The notes beneath the pieces are model-generated. The model ran no database searches. It was not told where the DNA came from and saw nothing but the letters and a program-made list of their open reading frames with translations. This document shows positions 25,559-34,858 of a stretch of 37,432 nucleotides of DNA, one piece after another. The position numbers and the translations under genes are program-made. This stretch comes from a virus (lineage: Duplodnaviria > Caudoviricetes), in the IMG/VR virus record IMGVR_UViG_3300008266_000190, positions 1-37,432 of that record. One strand, given 5' to 3'. Position 1 is the stretch's first letter. Every line of letters starts with the position of its first letter.

Positions 25559-28326
25559 TACAACCCTCCGCCAGCGGGCTGACCAGCACGCGGACCGCTA
25601 TTAATAATCCTAACTGGAGCAACTGGTGCAACATTAAGAGAGGCACGCTCGCCAGCTCGGAATGCGTTTTGAGCGGCTTGAGCAGCCGCAACCCCTGCCC
25701 CAGCAGATCCTGCTGATGCAGCAGGTGCGACCGATCCGCCACCACCGCCGCCGCCAGTTGCAGGCTTTACGCCAAGATCAAGAGCTCGCTGTGTTGCTGG
25801 GTTTACTGTCGGAGCAAAAATATCGCCAATACTATTAGCAATCGTAGGAATAGCAGTTCCGCCAATGAATGAACCTAGTGCAGCGGTTGGGTTAGCAATT
25901 GCTGCGAGACCACGGAATACGAATCCAAGGTCAAAGTTCTGTGCCTCCCCAGTACCTTGCGGGGTAGCTAATGTCTGAGGAATTCCGTTATACGAAATTC
26001 CAGCAGAAGGAGTTGATGGTTGGCCAGTCTGATATGCTCGACCATAGTTTGGTCGAGGCGGCGTTGCCCTAATGTAGGCAAGCTGGGCAATCTCGTCCTT
26101 CTTAGACTGTGACTTCTTTGCCGCCATGTCTGCGTTCATCATCGCCACTCGGACACCAGAGTCCTGGCTGATGCTTGCCATGTTTGCCAACTGAGTCTGT
26201 ACCTTGATGATTTCGTCCATGCTTGCGACACCCTCTTGCGCAATCCTGCTTGAGGCAGGAACAGAATCAACAATCGCTTGAATGATAGCACTTGTAGCTT
26301 CGATATTTGTTATAATAGGACTTGATTCGTTTACTCGTGCGTACGGATTGATCGTGGCTGATTGTGCCCTGCGGATAGCTGAGTTATCAACAAGGTCGCC
26401 AATTGCCGCCTCTTCAGAATCGTATCCCTTCTTGACTAGATACTGCTTTTGAGTTCCGCCAGCACTGATGACATTCGAGTCCCTTGAGATCAGGCCAGAG
26501 CCGTCTGCGGCAAGGATCAACTTATCCACGTCAATAGGCGGTGTCTTGTAAATGAGTCCGTTTACGTCCGTGTAGATAAATCCACCTGGAGTTTCAATTC
26601 GGTATCCCCAAAGTCCATTAGTCTTATCTGCCTGACCAGCGTTCGATCCGTAGATCGGGACACCGTTATACTGAGCTGCGTAGTTGTTTCCAGCAGCGTC
26701 AATCTGCAATCGGGTAATAACGCCAGATCCTGGGGCTGGTGCTGATAGGGGAAGATACTGTGGAGCAAGCTTTGGGTCGCTTGGGTAAACAATTTGCAGA
26801 GTACCCTCCCTTAGCCCCTGATCGTACTCTGCCGTAGTAATAATGTTATCGAACTCAGCAACCGTGAACTTGTTGTCACCGCTCCCCGGAACTTCCATGT
26901 CATTTGGGATAAATCCAGAAAGCATCAGCGAAGGAATAACCTCGTCGATGAGAGTTGCAGGGATCTGAGTAATCCGTTCTCCACGAAGAGCTGCCTCATA
27001 GAGGCCAGCCTCGTTGTCGATCTTTGTCTGGATATCCTGAAGGTACTTGTTCTCAATACGGACAAGTCCAGGTCCAAACATCTGGGTAGTCTCGCCCTTA
27101 AGGAACTTTACCCAGTTCTCAAAGACAACCTTTTCGTTGCCAGCAACTCCGCCAGCAGCGTTCATCAACTGAGCCTTTACGCCAGATGCAGCGACGTACT
27201 CGTCATATGACGTGTTCTCTCCTGAAACCTTTCGGGTCATGGTAATGTTCGCCGCTGCGACCAGTGCCTCTGGGGTATTACCCTTGCCCTGACCGTTGAG
27301 TGCGTCGATGTATCCGCGTGAAGCGCCAGCGGCGTTATTCAACGCAGCTTCTACCGCTGCCCTTGTCTCGACAGTCTGGGACTCAAGCCACGCCGTAAGC
27401 GCAGCAGGACTCTCCTTCTGGAGATCAGAGAACGAGAACTCCGCCGCAGAAGTATCAACACCAAGGGATGATCCGATCTGCCTTGCGAACGCATTTAGCG
27501 TTGCGTTGGCCTGATCGTACGCACCCTTTCGGGCAGCAAGGAACGCAGCGGCCTCATTGGCGGCAAGCGTCTTCTCGTCCGCACGGATCGTCTGATTCAT
27601 GTCGACAAGGTTAGTCTTGAGATTGTCATAGAATACAGAGTTTTGCATGCCCTCTGACTCCAGTTTAGCAATCCAGCTCTTATAGAAATCTCGTGCCTGA
27701 CCATTGGCGGCAATTACCTTAGGAAGCTTTTTGCCGTCGGCTCGATCAATAACGTTTTTAATACCTTCCAACTGATAGTTGTATAGCGTTGCTAGCGAAT
27801 CAAACTTGATGTCGTCGTACATATTCTTATCATCGACAACCGCTGCCAAGGCCTCCTGAGATGCAGCATTATACTGCTCTTCGGTGATTTGCCCTCTTGT
27901 CAAGTTGTTTCCTGAATAGATGATGTAGTTCTTCAACGTCTGTGAAAGGTTCTGTCCATACTTGTCAGAGCCTCGACCCTTAAGGAAGTCAACAAACTCA
28001 CCAAAGTTTGCGCCCTCAGTCACTTCAAAAGATTTGCTTAGCGCAGTAAATTCCTTGTCGATGGCAAAGTCTTCTGCATTCTTGAGAAGGTTGTTGTAGT
28101 AGGCAAGCTCTGCTTCGCTCATGTTCCCCTCGTCAAGTCGACCATCAACGAAGTCTTGAAGGTCACCAAATGAAGGAACTGACCCGCCGTAGGTGCTCCC
28201 GTCGTAGTATGCCTTGAAGAGGGAAGACTGCTCAAGGTTTCTATTCTGCGTTGCAAGTCCGCTAATGAACGAGCTAAGATTTTGCTGGCCAACCCCTGAT
28301 CGGCCAAAACGTCCCTGTCGTGCCAT
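25558..28326 (-). CDS. Large (922 aa) putative internal virion protein
   Basis: Long ORF coupled between the portal and the 1610-aa gene; Ala/Gly-rich C-terminus. Confidence 0.65.
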   Translation of the reverse strand: MARQGRFGRSGVGQQNLSSFISGLATQNRNLEQSSLFKAYYDGSTYGGSVPSFGDLQDFVDGRLDEGNMSEAELAYYNNLLKNAEDFAIDKEFTALSKSFEVTEGANFGEFVDFLKGRGSDKYGQNLSQTLKNYIIYSGNNLTRGQITEEQYNAASQEALAAVVDDKNMYDDIKFDSLATLYNYQLEGIKNVIDRADGKKLPKVIAANGQARDFYKSWIAKLESEGMQNSVFYDNLKTNLVDMNQTIRADEKTLAANEAAAFLAARKGAYDQANATLNAFARQIGSSLGVDTSAAEFSFSDLQKESPAALTAWLESQTVETRAAVEAALNNAAGASRGYIDALNGQGKGNTPEALVAAANITMTRKVSGENTSYDEYVAASGVKAQLMNAAGGVAGNEKVVFENWVKFLKGETTQMFGPGLVRIENKYLQDIQTKIDNEAGLYEAALRGERITQIPATLIDEVIPSLMLSGFIPNDMEVPGSGDNKFTVAEFDNIITTAEYDQGLREGTLQIVYPSDPKLAPQYLPLSAPAPGSGVITRLQIDAAGNNYAAQYNGVPIYGSNAGQADKTNGLWGYRIETPGGFIYTDVNGLIYKTPPIDVDKLILAADGSGLISRDSNVISAGGTQKQYLVKKGYDSEEAAIGDLVDNSAIRRAQSATINPYARVNESSPIITNIEATSAIIQAIVDSVPASSRIAQEGVASMDEIIKVQTQLANMASISQDSGVRVAMMNADMAAKKSQSKKDEIAQLAYIRATPPRPNYGRAYQTGQPSTPSAGISYNGIPQTLATPQGTGEAQNFDLGFVFRGLAAIANPTAALGSFIGGTAIPTIANSIGDIFAPTVNPATQRALDLGVKPATGGGGGGGSVAPAASAGSAGAGVAAAQAAQNAFRAGERASLNVAPVAPVRIINSGPRAGQPAGGGL

Positions 28327-30578
28327 TATTCACCACCTTCAGCGAGTCCAGGAGCCATTGGCGCACCTTGTGCCACTGCGTTAGCTGGAAGAGCCCCCGC
28401 CGGCGGTTGCGCCTGATTCTCTGGTTGATTGAGCGATTGAGAACCAGCAGGCTGCTGCTGGAGCATACGAGCCGTATTCTCCACGCTGGCCTGCTGTTGA
28501 GCAAACTGATCCTGAGTTGCCTGTTGCTGTTGCAACTGCATCTGCTGGAACATCTGCACAAGGTTCGCCATCGCCATGACCGACGATGGGTTGATCGTTG
28601 CGTCTGTCTGCTCGTCGCGGATGACTGACATCTCTCCATCTGGGTCCTCAACGCCAACGCGGTCCATTGCGCGGCTGGCGCTCCAGATGCGGTTCTGCAC
28701 AAGGTTGATGGCAGTCTGTGCCAGCTCGAGCGTATCTCGTGGTGTAAGCTCTGGCGGTGTGATCTCGATGCGGTAGTTTCCGCCAAGGACCAGACCAACC
28801 TCTTTGTTCTTGGTCTCCCAGATCTTTGCGCACATTCGCCAGACCTGCTTGACCCACGAATAGAGAAGCTTACGCTTCGGAGCAATTCGCGCTTCGTAGT
28901 TCGCCACGAGCGATGCAATTGCGCGTGATGACCCCAAGACCCCAGACGGCGCAAGGCCAAGCAGGAGGTCATTGAGGCCAGTCACTACCGCAATTTCTCG
29001 GTCGATACGTCGGTTATAGTCTTCAATCTGGAACTGTGGGATGAACGGAGAAATCGAACGGATCTCGTTTCCAGGTCCAGGTGCTGCCATCTTGCCTGGC
29101 TTCGGGATTGCGTTCGCAGGAACCTCGTCTGGTGCCTCTGGTCCAACCAACTGGAACATCTGTCCGCCAATGACCGAGTGGATCATCTGTGCCTGATTGG
29201 TGATGCGCTCGTCCTTCTCGCGGAGCAACTGCTCCACATCGTAAAGCTCTGGCTTGCCGTATGGGCTGCCCGGAACCTTTGCGTTGCTGAGAAGGATGTA
29301 TGGGATATCACCACGGAACTCTGAGTGCTTGGTGTTCTTGACCATGGTGTTGCCAACGAAGATTGCGTTGTAGACTGTCGGGGCCTTGCCAGGTGCGCCT
29401 GGGACCTTGTACCAGTAGTCGTACACCTCAACCTGCTGCATCTCGTACGGGGTCTCCCGTCGCAGCGGATTGCGCTCGAACTGGTTCTGGTAGACGCTGG
29501 CAATCGGGTCGTCGTGGGTGGACGCGGTGTAATTATACCACTTCCCGCCCTGCTGTGCAGCAACGACGGTAATCCCGTAGTCCTCTTCGACCGCCTGAGG
29601 GCTCATGCCGTAGCAGTAGAGCGCCCAGTCAACGCGGCTAAAGTCGGAGTTGCCGAATCCAAGGTAGAGGTTCTCTGGTGACTCTACGATGCGGACACGA
29701 GGGGTCTGTCGCTCTGCGTCCCAGTGGATCTTCGCAGCCGTGTACCCGTAGAGAGCCTTAACGAAACAGGCATCCTCGAGGACAAGGTCGAACTCGTTCT
29801 CTTCTGCCCATCGGAAGAAGAGTCGCTCTGCGTTCGCCGCACGTGCGCGGGCATCGTTGTCCTGACCTTCAGGAACGTAGTTGATGACAGGCATGACCGC
29901 CTGTAGGGATGCTGGGATATTGACGTACGCAGCGTGGACGTTGACTGAGACGTGTGCCCGTCCAGCCGTACGCGCAGTTGCATCGTCTGCCCAGTGGTCA
30001 GCACCGCCGAGGGTGATGATGTTTGGGTGATAGAGGTTATCGAATCGTCGGAAGATCGCTCGAAGTCGATTCTGCTCTGGCTCGCCTGACTGCTTGCGCA
30101 TGAGCACTTCGGAATAGAGCATAAACTCTGGGTCCTGATCAGGAGTAGAGTTCTGTACCGCGAGCTTCTGCTCCATGAGCTTGACGACCGCAGCCTGCTG
30201 CTCCGTAAGCTTCGACTTGTCGAGACGCTGATACCGCGTCTTGATTGGTGATCCAGCGTCACCCTTTTTGTAGTTTAACTTAGCTGGGGTGGTGGCAATG
30301 TCTGGACCAGTTGCCCTGATGCCAGAGTTAGCACCAGCGGGTGCGCGACGGGAGGAGTCGCCGCGAACACCCGCTGGAGTTGCAGTAGTAATAAGTGGTG
30401 CACCACCAGCAACTCGGTCGATGACCTGTTCGCCTCGACCAATACGCTTTGCCTTATCGACGGCCTTACCAATCGACTGGATCTGTTGCGGCGTAGCAAT
30501 ATCTGGGTCAGTGGTGTACTGACCAGGAATGCCCCGTGTGCCCTTGAATGCGCGTGGAACGCCTCGTACCTTAGCCAT
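28326..30578 (-). CDS. Portal protein
   Basis: Follows TerL; YDYW, IPYILL.N..PGSPYGKPEL, REIAVVTGLND..LG, Q-rich tail like podovirus portals. Confidence 0.85.
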   Translation of the reverse strand: MAKVRGVPRAFKGTRGIPGQYTTDPDIATPQQIQSIGKAVDKAKRIGRGEQVIDRVAGGAPLITTATPAGVRGDSSRRAPAGANSGIRATGPDIATTPAKLNYKKGDAGSPIKTRYQRLDKSKLTEQQAAVVKLMEQKLAVQNSTPDQDPEFMLYSEVLMRKQSGEPEQNRLRAIFRRFDNLYHPNIITLGGADHWADDATARTAGRAHVSVNVHAAYVNIPASLQAVMPVINYVPEGQDNDARARAANAERLFFRWAEENEFDLVLEDACFVKALYGYTAAKIHWDAERQTPRVRIVESPENLYLGFGNSDFSRVDWALYCYGMSPQAVEEDYGITVVAAQQGGKWYNYTASTHDDPIASVYQNQFERNPLRRETPYEMQQVEVYDYWYKVPGAPGKAPTVYNAIFVGNTMVKNTKHSEFRGDIPYILLSNAKVPGSPYGKPELYDVEQLLREKDERITNQAQMIHSVIGGQMFQLVGPEAPDEVPANAIPKPGKMAAPGPGNEIRSISPFIPQFQIEDYNRRIDREIAVVTGLNDLLLGLAPSGVLGSSRAIASLVANYEARIAPKRKLLYSWVKQVWRMCAKIWETKNKEVGLVLGGNYRIEITPPELTPRDTLELAQTAINLVQNRIWSASRAMDRVGVEDPDGEMSVIRDEQTDATINPSSVMAMANLVQMFQQMQLQQQQATQDQFAQQQASVENTARMLQQQPAGSQSLNQPENQAQPPAGALPANAVAQGAPMAPGLAEGGE

Positions 30579-32071
30579 CAATCACTTGCTCCATAATAGG
30601 TGAACACTGGATCTTTAACTGGCTGATCCGGGTTCCTTGCCGCATACCACACTGCGAGGGCCAGCGCCATCACAGCATCCGTTTCCAATTTCTTGTCGTT
30701 GAGCTTGTAAGAGAGCAACTGCCTTCTAAGTTCATCCCATGGTTGCCCTCGTGGAATAACCAATTCCTTCTTATCCATCATTGCCTTCAGGTTGGAAAGC
30801 AACTGTAGCTTCTTCGATTTAGTACCGCCGAAGTCGTATCCCCTTAGCGGCTTGATGATGTTGAACTCCTGTCGGAACAGTCGTCCTCCAAGTCCCGTCT
30901 CATCGACGATGGTCGTGCAGAACGCTCCATCCTGCTGGTACAGCAGTGCGTTCTCCCGAACCATATTGACTACGGCTGGAATAGTCTGCTTTCCAGATCG
31001 TCTCCGAGCTCGGACTCCGACAATTCTCCTGCGGTCCGTGTAATCGAGTACGACCGTCCATGTTGCGTCAGAAGAAATACCGGGGTCACATCCTTGTACG
31101 TATCTGTGTCCCCTCTGTGGCGGTACATCCCCACTAGTGTCAGGATCAAAGGAACCTTCGACCGAGTGCGCTGCGAAGTACGCATCTCGCGCTTCGATGA
31201 AGAACCCGTCGACGTTCTGCGGGACGAGGTACTCCGCCTGCTGCCGGACGATTGCTTCGAAGTTTGTGGAATCGAGTCCGTATCCAACATTTTCGCGGGT
31301 TGAAAGCCGAAAGGAGATAAACTGTGGATCCCGTCCTGGGTTTTCGGGATTCCCCATTTCCCAGAGGTCCGAGTAATCTCCGATTCCTTCCGTCGGCGTT
31401 CCGATGAAGTGGAGCGGGCCGCCCGTCGAGAGTCGGCGTAGGTTGAGGACCTCTTGGTAGATCTCAACAAGGTGCGGCTCAAAGGCCGCCTCGTCGAACG
31501 AAATGCCATTCATGTCCTTCCCGAGAAGAGCCTTTGCCTTCTCTTGGGTTGTTCGGAAGTGGATGCTTGCCCCACCAACTACTGGGTGGAACTTGATCCA
31601 CAAGTATTCGCCTCGGTACTTCTTGTCGACCGTTGCGATGTTTCCTAGGTCAGTTGATAGTGGGCATCCCCTGCCCTTCTGGGCTGGATGCGTACCGCTT
31701 AGGATTGCGGAGATTTCCCTGTGGACGAGCTCTGCTGTCTCTTGCTGGATGCCGATGTGATACCATTCGTATGGAGCATTTGACCAGTCTCGTGCTGCCT
31801 TGGGATCGTCTGATTCCGGCTTGCGAAGTCCCATTTTGTACAGGGCGTGGTGAATGCAGAGGACCGCCATCGCCATCGTTTTCCCTGCACGGTTGCCAGC
31901 GGAAACGACTGTCGTGAGGTACTTCGGCCTGTATCCGCTGTCATCACGTTCAGCACAAGCCTCCCACCATCGGACTTGACCGGGGTGGCCTTTAATACCG
32001 AGCCAGCGATTAGCAAAGAACTCGATGTTATCGCGGCCGAGAGCCAGATCTCGTGCAATTTCATTTTGCAG
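30578..32071 (-). CDS. terL: Terminase large subunit (probable CTG start at 32071)
   Basis: Walker A SAGNRAGKT upstream of the track ATG at 31876; Walker B ISFDEAA, GTP coupling motif, GCDPG, DETGLGG, DAVMALAL. Confidence 0.92.
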   Translation of the reverse strand: MQNEIARDLALGRDNIEFFANRWLGIKGHPGQVRWWEACAERDDSGYRPKYLTTVVSAGNRAGKTMAMAVLCIHHALYKMGLRKPESDDPKAARDWSNAPYEWYHIGIQQETAELVHREISAILSGTHPAQKGRGCPLSTDLGNIATVDKKYRGEYLWIKFHPVVGGASIHFRTTQEKAKALLGKDMNGISFDEAAFEPHLVEIYQEVLNLRRLSTGGPLHFIGTPTEGIGDYSDLWEMGNPENPGRDPQFISFRLSTRENVGYGLDSTNFEAIVRQQAEYLVPQNVDGFFIEARDAYFAAHSVEGSFDPDTSGDVPPQRGHRYVQGCDPGISSDATWTVVLDYTDRRRIVGVRARRRSGKQTIPAVVNMVRENALLYQQDGAFCTTIVDETGLGGRLFRQEFNIIKPLRGYDFGGTKSKKLQLLSNLKAMMDKKELVIPRGQPWDELRRQLLSYKLNDKKLETDAVMALALAVWYAARNPDQPVKDPVFTYYGASD

Positions 32072-32378
32072 AGGATCGTCCCTTCAGCCGCTTGCTCATC
32101 GCACTTGCCTTCGACTTCGCATCAGCCTTGCTGCTTGCCCCCCATGCCTGAAGGCTAAGGAGAAGTCTTGTCGGCTCACCGCTTGGCTTGCGTTCTGGTC
32201 CAGGCATGTTACCCATTCGGGCAAGGAATGACGCTCGTCGTGGATTATCACCGCGCTTGACGGGGGCTTTCAATGTGCCACCAGTCTGCGCCTTGTAGGA
32301 TGCGCGACCTTTCGCGTTCAATCCGCCCTTTGGATTCTTACCTTCCTTGCGCTGCCATGCTGCCGTCTGAGCCATCAT
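32061..32378 (-). CDS. Basic DUF6321-like phage protein
   Basis: AWQRKEGKNPKGGLNAKGRASY...RRASFLARM...LSLQAWG. Confidence 0.8.
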   Translation of the reverse strand: MMAQTAAWQRKEGKNPKGGLNAKGRASYKAQTGGTLKAPVKRGDNPRRASFLARMGNMPGPERKPSGEPTRLLLSLQAWGASSKADAKSKASAMSKRLKGRSSAK

Positions 32379-32917
32379 CGAACCTCGTTGTGGAAGTATA
32401 GTACTCGGTCACAGAAGCCAATTTTGTCGGTCTTCTCTGTGATGCGCTTGATGAATGTTCCGTCAGCCTCGTAGTGCCTGTCGACATAACCAGCAGATCG
32501 ACCCTTATCGATCTTTACGATGAAGTTCCCAGATGTGGAGCTGCTGTGTTCGAACTGTGGGTGATGGTTATTCGACCATCCGCAGTATACCACGTCGTTC
32601 CCCGCCTCTGCAATCTTCATCATCTCGTGGATGTAATCTGGGTTATATGAATCGTCGTGGTTGAACCACCCAGCGTAGTCCGAGGTTGCCAGATCGAGTC
32701 CTTTTGCGCGCTTTGCGTGGCCCCAATCCCCCAAGTTTGGCTCTTCGTAGAAGCGAACCTTCGGAAACTCGGAGCGCAAGTCGGTCAGATCGATGTCTGA
32801 TGCCAGCGCGATGATCTCGTCCGGTCGTCGTACTTGCCACTCGTGTAGGTCTTTTAGTATCCTGCGGAGGTTAGGCTCATCTGCATGAGCAGTCACAATC
32901 GCTGTCAGTGTCGCCAT
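32375..32917 (-). CDS. Glycosyltransferase, GT-A/GT2-like (minimal)
   Basis: AIVTAH, EII, GHAKRAKGLDLATSDYAGWFNHDD, ADGTF. Confidence 0.85.
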   Translation of the reverse strand: MATLTAIVTAHADEPNLRRILKDLHEWQVRRPDEIIALASDIDLTDLRSEFPKVRFYEEPNLGDWGHAKRAKGLDLATSDYAGWFNHDDSYNPDYIHEMMKIAEAGNDVVYCGWSNNHHPQFEHSSSTSGNFIVKIDKGRSAGYVDRHYEADGTFIKRITEKTDKIGFCDRVLYFHNEVR

Positions 32918-33338
32918 TTACCCTCCTGATAATATCGGTGCTTGAAATAGATGGTGTGTATGGAATGTAGAGCATCTCGATTGCTCGGTCTTTGAGCCAC
33001 TGCCTTGAGATCCCGAGCTGCTTAAGGAGTGAGTCCCCAGTCCAGTCGTCCCCGTGAGCAATGTACCCAATCTCTCGGTCGGTGATTCTGTCGATTGTTA
33101 CGCCAGTGTCTTCGTCTCCGATGTTCACACACACGTCGTTTACGTATTTACATCCAGCAAGTGATTCCATTCGCTCCCCGAGAGTGAGGATCGGTGGTCG
33201 CTTGTACCGCGATGCAAAGTCATCGGTGTTGAGTGAAACCAGAACTGGACCGTGCTGTTGGGCCTGCTCGAGAAACTTCATGTGACCGTAATGAAAGAGG
33301 TCGAATGTTCCCCCAACGTACACCCAAGGCTTTGTCAT
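32877..33338 (-). CDS. HIGH-family cytidylyl/adenylyltransferase (TagD/RfaE-domain-II-like)
   Basis: GGTFDLFHYGH, YKRPPI, HGDDW, PYTPSISSTDI. Confidence 0.92.
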   Translation of the reverse strand: MTKPWVYVGGTFDLFHYGHMKFLEQAQQHGPVLVSLNTDDFASRYKRPPILTLGERMESLAGCKYVNDVCVNIGDEDTGVTIDRITDREIGYIAHGDDWTGDSLLKQLGISRQWLKDRAIEMLYIPYTPSISSTDIIRRVNGDTDSDCDCSCR

Positions 33339-33826
33339 GACCCTTCTGTGACCTGTTCTACTGGTCGTGCCTCAATGATTTCGTAGGTTGTAGATGCTCC
33401 TCCAAGGATCTGGGCAAGAGATACGATAAGGTCCCGGTCTGCGGTCTTATCGTTTCTTTTATCCAGCATCTCCTGAGCTCTTAGCCCCTCGGACAGAGTG
33501 GGATTCATACTGCCAGACTCTACTTCAGAGAATACGAAATCTCTTACTAGTGTAGCTAAATCTCTATGATTCGCTTTGATGGTTTTCTGTGCCTTTTCCA
33601 TCGTTTTAACTGCGTTGATCCTAGCAGATTCATGCGGACTTGTCAAATGGTCGCGCTTGTGCTTGCCTAGGGTATTCCGGCTGAGGTAGTATCCCTCGTC
33701 TTTTAGCCACACCGAAATCTTCTGATCTGGCATTCCGTCCTTCATCCGCTTGTTGATTAGCTCCACAAGGGGTGATCGACAGACGTGGCAACCAGTTAGT
33801 ACTGGGGCCAGATCCTTGGCTTCCAT
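33335..33826 (-). CDS. Putative terminase small subunit
   Basis: CHVC...HKRDH Zn/HTH-like N-terminus plus helical region, upstream of terL. Confidence 0.55.
   Translation of the reverse strand: MEAKDLAPVLTGCHVCRSPLVELINKRMKDGMPDQKISVWLKDEGYYLSRNTLGKHKRDHLTSPHESARINAVKTMEKAQKTIKANHRDLATLVRDFVFSEVESGSMNPTLSEGLRAQEMLDKRNDKTADRDLIVSLAQILGGASTTYEIIEARPVEQVTEGS
33618..33646 (-). promoter_or_regulatory. Intragenic promoter TTGACA-N17-TAGGAT
   Basis: -35 at 33646..33641, -10 at 33623..33618; about 280 nt upstream of the cytidylyltransferase. Confidence 0.55.
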
Positions 33827-34036
33827 TTAGGCCTTAGAGCCGAACGCCTTGTCCTCTGGATTTAGCCAGCGGATAACGACTGGGACAACGGCTGCAAGAC
33901 CTGCGGAGATGATGGACTTCCATCCGTCAGCACCAAAGTCGAATGCGCCGCCGCCAAGGGCGATAAACTGTGCGAGGCACGCTGCGAGGAACGAGCGTCC
34001 CCATGACGCGATAACTGCCTTAGTTGACTTGCTCAT
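33827..34036 (-). CDS. Holin
   Basis: SWGRSFLAA...AAVVPVVIRWLNP.D.AFG two-TM pattern; follows the peptidase; AGGAG RBS. Confidence 0.75.
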   Translation of the reverse strand: MSKSTKAVIASWGRSFLAACLAQFIALGGGAFDFGADGWKSIISAGLAAVVPVVIRWLNPEDKAFGSKA

Positions 34037-34044
34037 TGTATCTC

Positions 34045-34614
34045 CTACTTCTTGATGATGACGCACCGCTTGTACGGAGCCTCACCCTTGCTTGAGGCGA
34101 TTGCCTTTAGTTCCTTCTCCGTTACGGAGACTGCATACTTCTCTGCCTTGAGTCCTGAGAAGGTCGGGTCAGCGAACTGGAACCCGAACTCCTTATCCCA
34201 CACAGCAGCAGTCATATGTCCGTAGGTAGCACCCGCGTGCCGACCAACGAATCTCTTGTGCCACGCGCTAATCGCCTGTGGCGGGTAGAATCGCGCAGCC
34301 TGAACGTTGATGACGATTGCAGCGCCAGCCTTAAGGCTCTTGACCACATCGTCCCAGTCCCGAGCCCATCGACCATTGGCACCGAGGACCTTGCAGGTCT
34401 TGATAATCTCTGAGAGGTCGGTGGCATTGTCCGCGACCCCAGGCTTATCCTTGCGCCCAGTCGCCTTCTCCTTGGCTGCTACGCCCTCCTTCGCGGTGAT
34501 CTCCTTGTCAAGGAGCCACGACACGGCGGCTGCGCAAGATGCTGGTCCACAGTCATCAAGGATACCGCCCTTCTCTACGAGCGGAAGTTGTGAGCGGATC
34601 TTTAGTCGTGCCAT
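34045..34614 (-). CDS. C39-like cysteine peptidase, putative endolysin
   Basis: RSQ...DCGPASCA...GHM...FADP (Q, C, H, D catalytic order). Confidence 0.8.
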   Translation of the reverse strand: MARLKIRSQLPLVEKGGILDDCGPASCAAAVSWLLDKEITAKEGVAAKEKATGRKDKPGVADNATDLSEIIKTCKVLGANGRWARDWDDVVKSLKAGAAIVINVQAARFYPPQAISAWHKRFVGRHAGATYGHMTAAVWDKEFGFQFADPTFSGLKAEKYAVSVTEKELKAIASSKGEAPYKRCVIIKK

Positions 34615-34847
34615 TACTTAACGAGCGCCGCGACTTCTGCCTCGGTCAGACCGAGTGCGGCAAGTTTGGCGCGGGCAGACTGACGAGCGGATTCTTCGGC
34701 AGCCTCTCTCTCCTGACGTTCAGACTCTGCTCTTTCGTTCTCTGCAATTGATCTAGCAACTGCAGCCTCATGATCGGCAATCTCTTGGTCGGTAAGTGGA
34801 ATATGTACTGTTTCACCAGTTGCGCAATCTGTAACTACCTTAAACAT
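34614..34847 (-). CDS. Small tail-fibre-associated protein
   Basis: DCATGE..PLT..EIA...AKLAALGLTEAEVAAL motif, recalled following tail-fibre genes in aquatic phages. Confidence 0.75.
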   Translation of the reverse strand: MFKVVTDCATGETVHIPLTDQEIADHEAAVARSIAENERAESERQEREAAEESARQSARAKLAALGLTEAEVAALVK

Positions 34848-34858
34848 ATGCTCTCCTA

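Noticed and set aside
31699-32064. 121-aa ORF as a frameshifted N-terminus of terL
   Set aside because: The Walker A is in the same frame as the rest of terL; this ORF is off-frame
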